Part shown: positions 1 to 7,400 of the stretch, in pieces | Numbering within the stretch: the first letter of the stretch is position 1 | Layout of the letters: each line of letters opens with the position of its first letter | From: Micavibrio sp. UBA2638 | Lineage (GTDB): Bacteria; Pseudomonadota; Alphaproteobacteria; Micavibrionales; Micavibrionaceae | DNA length: 64,000 nt | Direction: 5' to 3' | NCBI GenBank assembly: GCA_002359735.1 | Contig: DENS01000018.1 | Location: 52,819 to 116,818, forward strand | Program-made: the position numbers and the translations under genes | Notes under the pieces: model-generated | The model's input: the letters and a program-made list of their open reading frames with translations, nothing else | The model's database searches: none | What the model was told of the DNA's origin: nothing

Positions 1-142
1 AATACTTGTGTGATATCGGGTTGTATATACGCCATATCGGCTGGCCGGAGTTATCATGTCCTGCTTCATATAGTTTTATGGCTGGGTTCAGGCTTGGTAT
101 AGGAATGGTTGATAGATCGGGCTTTTTATGATCGGTTGTCAT
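1..142 (-). CDS. 5' end of a gene running off the left edge; N-terminus resembles M50 (site-2 protease) family membrane proteins that accompany paired HlyD genes
   Basis: Own translation of the minus strand from ATG 142-140 gives MTTDHKKPDLSTIPIPSLNPAIKLYEAGHDNSGQPIWRIYNPISHKY, open to the window edge. It begins 10 nt after the stop of 153..1481. The family call rests on a remembered N-terminal pattern (G-x-P-x-W-x-x-Y-[ND]-P). The catalytic HExxH would lie outside the window. Confidence 0.4.
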   Translation of the reverse strand, partial: MTTDHKKPDLSTIPIPSLNPAIKLYEAGHDNSGQPIWRIYNPISHKY

Positions 143-152
143 GATGTGTCAG

Positions 153-1481
153 TTAAAACCCTGTAATATTACGCAAAGCGATGAGTGGGCGCCGTAATAC
201 CGAATATCCAAGAATGCTCCATTGGCTGTATATTTTGGCAGTGCCCTTCCATCCAATGCGTAAATCTTGATTGTTATCCAATTGGGCGCGTATTTTATAA
301 GTAAGTAAGCCATCTGGATCAGGGCTGGCCTGGTATGCTGTGTTAAGGGTAGAGCCTTGGTAATTACTGAGCGGGGCTGTGTTGGCAAAAAAGGATACCG
401 CGGCCTTTTCATCCAGGTCTAACATTGCATCAACCGGCACCCTGATTAATAACACCAGTGTTGCCGGGTTGGCGATTGTCATGATTTTGTCTCCGGCGTT
501 TACTGGTTGGCCTTCCAGCGCGCTTGTGTCGGCAAAGACGGCTATACCATCTTGTGGGCTCGTGATTATGCTGCGTTCTAATAGGCTTTGAGCGTAATTA
601 TATTCGATTTGCCGCGATTTTATTTCTGCATTCAGACGGCTGATTTCTGATTTTTTCTGTGGATCGGAAAGGGATTCGCGGCGCGCACGAGAAAGGCTGA
701 TCTGGGCCAATTCTAGGGCCTGTTTGGCGCTTTGCGCCTCGGATTTCAGGGCCTCTCTATCCAGTTTAACCAGAGAATCCCCCTCTTTAACGCTGGAGCC
801 CGGCTTAATATCAATGGTATCAATAATACCTTGAAAAGGGGCCGTTATGGTTTTGCTGTCTTCAGCAATAACTTCGGCAGGCGCTGTAATGCTTAGTTTG
901 ACTGGGATGAAGAAAGCTAGAACCAGCAAGGCTGCTATAAGTTTCTTTGTTTTGTTATTAAGGGTTAATGATGAAAACAGGCCCTTTCGGCCGCGATAGT
1001 GTTGTAACCCAAGTGCATGGGAATAAATTTCACCAATTTCTTCAAGGATTGCGCGCTCGGGCTCGGCAAAGGGAGTCTCTCTTTGCAGGAGTAAGCAGCC
1101 AAGGCGGCCTTCTTCCTGAGTTTCCAGTATAACAACCAGATTATGTGTTCTCTCTATTAAAGCCCATTTGTCTTGAAGTGTTGGCGGGATGTGCTCTGGC
1201 TTTATTTCTATTATGCTTTGGGCTTTGTTTTTATTCGGCGCGGGCGATGCATGATCCAGTATGGCTTTTAAAATATCTGCATGAGGGCTTTGCGGGTCAA
1301 TCGAGGCGTTGCCGGAAACAGCGGCAGATTTAAGCGTATCACCTCGGTATAGCAGAAGAACGGCTTGGTCGTAGGAAACCAGATCCAGCGTTTTGTTCAC
1401 AATATGGAAGGCTGCCTCATCGGTGCTTTTTGCCTGAAGGACCAGCTTGTTTAGATGGAAAAGTGTTAAAAGTTTATCCAT
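153..1481 (-). CDS. HlyD-family membrane fusion protein with an N-terminal GAF-like cytoplasmic domain
   Basis: 442-aa ORF. Residues ~1-165 look GAF-like (LGCLLLQRETPFAEPERAILEEIGEIYSHAL). One TM follows (LIAALLVLAFFIPV), then an MFP layout: lipoyl half (APFQGIIDTIDIKPGSSVKEGDSLVKLD), a short coiled coil, a second lipoyl half (IITSPQDGIAVF) and a beta-barrel. Confidence 0.8.
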   Translation of the reverse strand: MDKLLTLFHLNKLVLQAKSTDEAAFHIVNKTLDLVSYDQAVLLLYRGDTLKSAAVSGNASIDPQSPHADILKAILDHASPAPNKNKAQSIIEIKPEHIPPTLQDKWALIERTHNLVVILETQEEGRLGCLLLQRETPFAEPERAILEEIGEIYSHALGLQHYRGRKGLFSSLTLNNKTKKLIAALLVLAFFIPVKLSITAPAEVIAEDSKTITAPFQGIIDTIDIKPGSSVKEGDSLVKLDREALKSEAQSAKQALELAQISLSRARRESLSDPQKKSEISRLNAEIKSRQIEYNYAQSLLERSIITSPQDGIAVFADTSALEGQPVNAGDKIMTIANPATLVLLIRVPVDAMLDLDEKAAVSFFANTAPLSNYQGSTLNTAYQASPDPDGLLTYKIRAQLDNNQDLRIGWKGTAKIYSQWSILGYSVLRRPLIALRNITGF

Positions 1482-1487
1482 ATCGCC

Positions 1488-3263
1488 CTATGGTGAGTTG
1501 GCAGGAATGCGGTCATTGCTGGAGTAGCGAGGTTCTTCCAGAAAGCCTTTGATTCCGGCGTTTCTGATAGCGGCAATATTAAGATGTACGTTGCCGCTCA
1601 TGCCCGGCAGTAAAGGCGTTGTATACGGGGATAATTTGGCGCTCATCTGTATGGATTGGCTAACGGGATCAACTTCGCCATGAATGCGCTCAATCTTAGC
1701 CTCGTAAGTTTCGCCGGTTTCTGTGATGCTTAAGGTCAGCGGGGCGCCAACATTGACCCAGCGCAACCAGCGTGAGGGTACCAGAAACTCAATCTCAAGG
1801 TCATCCAGGGAAGCAACTTCCATTAAAACACGATCAGAGCGCGTATATTCATGTGGGTTGGCCAAACGGTTGGTCACACGCCCATCATATGCCGCCCGGA
1901 TATAGCATTGCTCCAGCTTGCTTTCGATGATTTTGGCCTGTCCTTCGGCTTTTATATCTTCGGTTTTAATGCCTAGATGTTCTATGTCGGATATAATGTC
2001 GAGGTTTAAAAGTTTTTCATGACGCATGGTGCGTTTTTGCGTGAAATCTTTTTCGGCCTCTGCAATTTCCATCTCCGCCTTTAAATCCTTACATTCATAT
2101 TCAACAAGAATATCACCTTTACGGAACATATCCCCGTTTTCAAAATGAATGGCGGCGATTTTACCGTCTTTGCTGGATGATATGACGGTCGCTTTTTGTG
2201 GCACCAGGACGCCTTCTATATTCAGTTCGTTATCTTCAATATTATATTTGTAATGCTGCACTTGTGCCTCGGCCTCTGGTGTGGGACCGGGGTTTTCTTC
2301 AGGCTTTTCTTTTTTATTTTCAGACTTGCCGGAGCTTGACGGACGGTCATCTTGGAATAGGACGCGTTCATTATCAACTTGGGTGGTTTTAAAATTCCCT
2401 TCGTCACCAGCGGCCGGTTCGATCATTGTAATGGCCGATGCATTTGCGACCGGAAGTGTAGGAAGGGGTAAATCCGGCCATTTGAATGATGCGACAATGT
2501 TTTCAATGCTTTGAGCCGCGTAGCTTTGTAGGGCAAGAACATGATTTTTAATGCTCTGGCCCAAATCATATAGGTAATCAGGAATGGCGCTGATGAAAGA
2601 GAATGGTTTTAATGCGGCTTGCTTTATGCCGTCTATGTTTATGTCCGGTATTTCAGGAACACTAACAGTCGGCATTGTAATGTCTGGCCATTCAACTTCT
2701 GGTAAACTGGGAATTTTTATCCAGTCTTGCACTTGTACCTTTGGCAGTTCGGGTATTGAGTAAAATTTAATAGAGTGAATGTTCGGCAAGGATGGCAGGG
2801 GTAAGTCGGTACCGCGCCGTTTTATTGTTTCTGTGTCGGGTTTATACAAAGGGGCGTCAAAGGCTGTATTTTCCCATGAAAACTCTGGCCATGAAAATTC
2901 TGGTAATTTTATTTCTGGCCAGGATATGGGGGGCAAGGTGACGTCCGGCATGGAAACCTCGGGCATCGTCCAGGAATCAAATTGGGGAAGTTCGGGCCAT
3001 GATAGTGTGATATCTGGTAGTTCCGGCCATGAAAATTCCGTCACATCAATGGCGGGCATTAGCGGAGTTGGCGTTGCCGGGTTTTCAGCATGTTGTGTTT
3101 CCGAATGACCGGGCTTGGAACCCTTCTCGGCAAAAAATGTAGCGGAGGACACATAGTCACTCAGGATAATGTTTTTATCGTGCAGGTAATATCCGCAGGA
3201 TGCGCCGTACACAATGACGCTTCCCATCAACAGGGCTATGGCTTTGGCCTTCCTTGTGATCAT
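1488..3263 (-). CDS. HlyD-family membrane fusion protein with a long W-P-[ED]-x-P repeat region
   Basis: 591-aa ORF with an N-terminal TM (AIALLMGSVIVYGASCGYY), a repeat region at aa 68-272 and a low-complexity linker (SSSGKSENKKEKPEENPGPTPEAEAQ). The C-terminal MFP core includes VISSSKDGKIAAIHFENGDMFRKGDILVEY ... IRAAYDGRV. Its start overlaps the upstream stop by ATGA (3260-3263). Confidence 0.8.
   Translation of the reverse strand: MITRKAKAIALLMGSVIVYGASCGYYLHDKNIILSDYVSSATFFAEKGSKPGHSETQHAENPATPTPLMPAIDVTEFSWPELPDITLSWPELPQFDSWTMPEVSMPDVTLPPISWPEIKLPEFSWPEFSWENTAFDAPLYKPDTETIKRRGTDLPLPSLPNIHSIKFYSIPELPKVQVQDWIKIPSLPEVEWPDITMPTVSVPEIPDINIDGIKQAALKPFSFISAIPDYLYDLGQSIKNHVLALQSYAAQSIENIVASFKWPDLPLPTLPVANASAITMIEPAAGDEGNFKTTQVDNERVLFQDDRPSSSGKSENKKEKPEENPGPTPEAEAQVQHYKYNIEDNELNIEGVLVPQKATVISSSKDGKIAAIHFENGDMFRKGDILVEYECKDLKAEMEIAEAEKDFTQKRTMRHEKLLNLDIISDIEHLGIKTEDIKAEGQAKIIESKLEQCYIRAAYDGRVTNRLANPHEYTRSDRVLMEVASLDDLEIEFLVPSRWLRWVNVGAPLTLSITETGETYEAKIERIHGEVDPVSQSIQMSAKLSPYTTPLLPGMSGNVHLNIAAIRNAGIKGFLEEPRYSSNDRIPANSP
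2448..3062 (-). repeat. Degenerate tandem peptide repeats (SWPELP / SWPEIKLP / EWPDITMP / KWPDLPLP) inside the 591-aa MFP
   Basis: The protein string reads EFSWPELPDITLSWPELPQFDSWTMPEVSMPDVTLPPISWPEIKLPEFSWPEFSWEN ... EWPDITMPTVSVPEIPD ... KWPDLPLPTLP. At DNA level there are recurring tc[tc]ggccatgaaaattc[tc]g units, e.g. near 2881-2900 and 3021-3040. Confidence 0.75.
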
Positions 3264-4696
3264 GATCCAGCCTCCGTCGCGCGGTGGAGGGGGCGCCCCA
3301 GGGTATTCAGGAGCGAGGACAGGGCATCTTGCATTTCGGCATGCATTTGCAGGGCCTTAATCTTTTCCTGTTGTGCCTGTAATATAATGGGCAGAGAATT
3401 ATTCCCGGAGCTTAGGCCCTGTTTTCTTTCTGTTTCGGCTTTGCGTGCATTTTCAGCCGCAACGCGTGAAGATCGCTTCGCATCTTTATAATCTTCCATG
3501 GTAATGTCCAGCCTGCGTTGGGCTAGGTGAACTTGAGCCATAATTGCGGCGATAAGGGAAAGGCGCCTTGCCTCCCCTAGTGTTTCAATGTTTTTTGCCG
3601 CGCGGTGCCGTGCGGGTAAGGTAAACAGGGCGCTGAGGCTTTGTGAAAGACTGGCCGAAAAACTGAGCCAGTCTTGATCGTATAGAAATTGATTGCTATC
3701 GCGATTTGATGCAAAGAATAATTCTGCCCCGGGCATTGTGCGCAGTATAGTATTGCGCGTGTTTTGCGCGTCTATATTTTTTTGTAATACAGTTTCTTTA
3801 ACTTCGGGGCGATTATACAGCGCCTCTTTTTCCAGAGCCTCTATATCGGATTGCAACAATGATCGGGCCAATTGATCCTGGTCATTTGGTTTTGAGGTCA
3901 GAATTATTTTTGTTTTCTGAGGAATTGACAATAGGCTTTTCAATTCGATATCGGCGTAAGTTAGCTCGGCATCCAGGGCCTTGAGGGCCTGTAACTGCTG
4001 CAAGATACCTTGTTTCAAACTGGCGGCCTTGCTTGCAGATATGAAAGAATTTTGATCAGCCTTAGTAATGTTGCGCAGTTGCTGATCGGCTTCCGCAATC
4101 AGGGCCTTTGTTTCTTGGGTGGTTCTTTGATACGCATAGGCGCGCCAATATGCGGCATGAACATCTCTTTCAATATTTTGCAGAACTTTTTCATGGCGCT
4201 GTTGTGCGATTAGTGTTTCATCTTTGGCAATGCGGCTATTGGCAACGGCCAGCATGAAATTCAGAATATTCCAGTTTACACTGATTTCCGATGTGTCGTG
4301 ATAGCGCTCAGTTGAGAATGAAGGCTCCAGTGACTCCCTGCCTGTGACGATCGATCGGCTGGAGCTTGCGCCGGCATTGCTGCGCCCATAACGCGTACTG
4401 GTGATATTGAGGTTGGGTATAGCCTCAAGGCGGGCGATGTCAATGTCATCTTCTTTACTCAGCATTTCCAGTGCGGAAACTCTGGCATCCAGATTATGGG
4501 CGATAGCGCGTTTAAGGGCCTCAGCATAAGATAGGCTTATTTGCTCTGATGCATCCTGATCCAGAACGTTTTGCCGGTCCAGTTCGATCATCTGGCTGTG
4601 CGCGGAACTGCCCAGCTCTATGCGGTCGGCAGTGCAGGCATTCAATAGAATGCAGGCGCTTAGCAGCAAAGGAAGTGTGTGTAATGAATGCGTCAT
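3260..4696 (-). CDS. TolC/NodT-type outer membrane factor lipoprotein
   Basis: 478-aa ORF with a signal peptide and lipobox (LLLSACILLNAC). It has two OEP-like repeats rich in coiled-coil Ala/Gln/Leu. It is the first gene of the four-gene minus-strand operon. Confidence 0.85.
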   Translation of the reverse strand: MTHSLHTLPLLLSACILLNACTADRIELGSSAHSQMIELDRQNVLDQDASEQISLSYAEALKRAIAHNLDARVSALEMLSKEDDIDIARLEAIPNLNITSTRYGRSNAGASSSRSIVTGRESLEPSFSTERYHDTSEISVNWNILNFMLAVANSRIAKDETLIAQQRHEKVLQNIERDVHAAYWRAYAYQRTTQETKALIAEADQQLRNITKADQNSFISASKAASLKQGILQQLQALKALDAELTYADIELKSLLSIPQKTKIILTSKPNDQDQLARSLLQSDIEALEKEALYNRPEVKETVLQKNIDAQNTRNTILRTMPGAELFFASNRDSNQFLYDQDWLSFSASLSQSLSALFTLPARHRAAKNIETLGEARRLSLIAAIMAQVHLAQRRLDITMEDYKDAKRSSRVAAENARKAETERKQGLSSGNNSLPIILQAQQEKIKALQMHAEMQDALSSLLNTLGRPLHRATEAGS

Positions 4697-5293
4697 GAAC
4701 CGACTTTGTAAAATACAGGCGAATGCCCAATAGAAACTATACCCATGCTAATTGTAATGGAAACTGTAGTGTTTACAAAGGTTTGAAAGCTGGTTTTCTA
4801 GAAAAAATGTTAAATTTGTTGATAACTTTTTTTTGTGCGGTTGCCAAGTGCCGTGATAAATGAATTGCGAATCTGTTTTTTAGGCGGCTTTATATGAAAT
4901 TTCAATGATTGCTGCGGCTTTCAGGGGGCGAGTCTATGTGATTGTAATTTCTTTATGTTGAGCTTAAATTTTTTCTTCTATTTCTCATAAATTTAAGCAG
5001 TAAGAATACAATCCCTGATAAAATCAATGACCGTAAATGCGTGCAAAACTAAATCTTTCGCTTGGCTTGTTGGGGATTTTAGGGTATTATTCCTATCATT
5101 CAGTACGCGCTGCGCATGAGGGCACCCCCCCCACCCCCGCTAAAAATGACGAACGAACTGACGAACCTTATTATTCGTTTGTTTTCAATGCCTTACGCGG
5201 AACGTTTTCGCGCTCCGCAACGCATGCGGTGAGCCGGTCGAGGAATGTGAGATCCAGTTTTTATGGATGGTGAAATTCATGGTTTATGCAGGC

Positions 5294-6235
5294 TTAATGG
5301 TGAACGCCGTGAACTTTGTGGCGTGTGTCATACGTGTCCCCCCTGGGGTCCTTGTGGATCAAAATTTCAGCATTAGGAAATGCTTCCAGCAACGCAAATT
5401 CGATCTCACGCGAAATGGTATGGGCTTCGCGCAAGGATTGATCGGGGTCTAGTTCGATATCAAAGCTGATAATCAGGTTCATACCGCTGCGCCGGGTGCG
5501 TAGATCATGCATGCCGTAGACGCCTTTGAAGTTCTCGACGATGGAATGGATAAGATCGCGTTTGTCTTCCTCGATCTCGCGGTCCATCAGCATGTCGGCG
5601 GCTTTTTGCCCGATTTCGTACCCTGTCCAGCCGATATAAAGCGCAATCACAAAGCCGAGCAGGCTATCGGCCCAGATCATGCCGGTGAAATAATGGAAGC
5701 TGAGGCCAACAATAACTGCGCCGTTGATCAGGACGTCATTCATGTAATGGCGCTGGTCGGCTTCTATGGCCAGAGACTGGGTTTTCTTAATGGCGCGGTG
5801 TTGCACGCGTATTAGAATGACGCTCAAGATCACGGCAACCACAGAGACGCCAATCCCCAGGGCATGGTGTTCGATCGCTTCCGGCCGGAGCAGCCGGCGT
5901 CCTGATTCAAAGATCAGAAACACGCTGGCGCCGATCAGGAAAGAGGCTTGCAGCATGGCCGAGAATCCTTCGACTTTTCCATGGCCGAAACGGTGGTCTT
6001 TATCGGCGGGCATCAGGGAAATGCGGATGCTGGCAAGTGTAATCAGGGATATGACCCCATCACCCAGCGTATCGGTGAGGGAGCCGAGCAGCGCCGCCGA
6101 GCCGCTAAGGTAATACGCGATTGTTTTAATGATAACGAGAATAAGCACCGTACCGAGCGCCCAATAGGCGGCAAAGAGCGTATGCGTGCGCGTGCCCGCG
6201 GCGTAATCTTCGGCTTCATTGTTCTTGTAAATCAT
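5294..6235 (-). CDS. Cation diffusion facilitator (CDF) family divalent-metal efflux transporter (FieF/YiiP-like)
   Basis: 313 aa with six TM segments, metal-site Asp/His (SLTDTLGD ... HYMNDVLING) and a C-terminal cytoplasmic domain (GVYGMHDLRTRRSG). Confidence 0.9.
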   Translation of the reverse strand: MIYKNNEAEDYAAGTRTHTLFAAYWALGTVLILVIIKTIAYYLSGSAALLGSLTDTLGDGVISLITLASIRISLMPADKDHRFGHGKVEGFSAMLQASFLIGASVFLIFESGRRLLRPEAIEHHALGIGVSVVAVILSVILIRVQHRAIKKTQSLAIEADQRHYMNDVLINGAVIVGLSFHYFTGMIWADSLLGFVIALYIGWTGYEIGQKAADMLMDREIEEDKRDLIHSIVENFKGVYGMHDLRTRRSGMNLIISFDIELDPDQSLREAHTISREIEFALLEAFPNAEILIHKDPRGDTYDTRHKVHGVHH

Positions 6236-7356
6236 TTCGGTTTCTTTTTGCTTTTGATGGCTTCGATTTTTTCATCAAAGACACGGGAGATGGAATAAAG
6301 GAATTCTCCGTGCAAGTCCACCGTATCTTCTATACCAATTTTTTCGTAGTTTGCGGTGAGCCAGTTTTTCATGGTCTGGCGGCCCAAATCGCGCAGTTTA
6401 ATAAGAAAGTCCCAGTCGGAATCAAATTTGCTGGAAACGCCCAGGCCTTGCAGGGCATCATCGGCGCGGATGGAATGTACCAGAATATCTTTGAAATCGT
6501 CCTGGTATTCGTCTTTAAGCATCTTATTCTCGACCAGTTTTTTGACAAAAGAAATCGAGCGCATTTCCTTCAGCAGCGAGCCATTGAAGGAAATTTCATT
6601 GATGCGGTCGATAATGCCGGCGGCATCGGTGGGTGTTTCTGAAATTTCGATCGGGTTGATATGCACGATCATCAAATCGTTGCTTTTGGTGTCGTAATAG
6701 AGCGGGAATAGAGCGGGATTACCGGAATAGCCGCCATCCCAGTAATCTTCGCCGTCAATACTAACCGCTTTGAACACATAGGGCAGGCAGGCCGAGGCAA
6801 GCACGACATCCATGCTCAGCTCGTCCGTTGTAAAGATGCGGACTTTGCCGGTTTTGACGTGGGTGGTGCTGATATAAAGTTTAATGCAATCACAAGCCTT
6901 AATGGCATCAAAATCAATGACTTTTTGTAGCACGTCTTTGAGCGGGTTAAAATCAAATGGATTGGTTTGATAGGGAGAGAACATCCGTGTGAAGCTGTCC
7001 ATGGCGTGAAAAAACGGATTTTCGCCGCTAAAGAAATTATTCCCCATCATAAAATTTTCCCATGGGGTGTTTTTGAAGGGGGAATAGCCTGTGCCGCCGT
7101 AATCATGCACTTTCCACCAGAACTTTTCGAGTGTTTCGCGTGCTTTTTCCGGCCCGCCCAGTTGCAGTCCGTACGCAAAAGCACAGGCATTCATGGTTCC
7201 TGCGGATGTGGCGCTGATGGCTTCGACATGCAAACGACCATCTTCCAGCAAATAATCCAGCACGCCCCAAGTGAACGCCCCGTGCGAGCCGCCGCCCTGC
7301 AGCGCGAGATTGATGGTTTTTTGTCCAGGCTTTGGCGTGTTGGGTGTATCGCTCAT
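6232..7356 (-). CDS. Patatin-like phospholipase family protein
   Basis: 374 aa. It has the oxyanion motif LALQGGGSHGAF, the nucleophile elbow SATSAG and a downstream DGG (YWDGGYSGNP). Its stop overlaps the CDF start by 4 nt. Confidence 0.9.
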   Translation of the reverse strand: MSDTPNTPKPGQKTINLALQGGGSHGAFTWGVLDYLLEDGRLHVEAISATSAGTMNACAFAYGLQLGGPEKARETLEKFWWKVHDYGGTGYSPFKNTPWENFMMGNNFFSGENPFFHAMDSFTRMFSPYQTNPFDFNPLKDVLQKVIDFDAIKACDCIKLYISTTHVKTGKVRIFTTDELSMDVVLASACLPYVFKAVSIDGEDYWDGGYSGNPALFPLYYDTKSNDLMIVHINPIEISETPTDAAGIIDRINEISFNGSLLKEMRSISFVKKLVENKMLKDEYQDDFKDILVHSIRADDALQGLGVSSKFDSDWDFLIKLRDLGRQTMKNWLTANYEKIGIEDTVDLHGEFLYSISRVFDEKIEAIKSKKKPK

Positions 7357-7400
7357 TGCTTTAATATAGGCGATTGAAGATCAAAGGGAAATGAAAGACT

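Noticed and set aside
149-412. 87-aa minus-strand ORF overlapping the 3' end of the GAF-HlyD gene
   Set aside because: It is an alternative frame of a well-supported gene, with no independent features.
5037-5273. 78-aa plus-strand ORF in the long intergenic region
   Set aside because: It has no Shine-Dalgarno sequence. It spans the C8AC5 tract (giving PPTP), its composition is unlike the neighbouring genes, and it runs into the 3' end of the convergent CDF gene. It is more likely non-coding.
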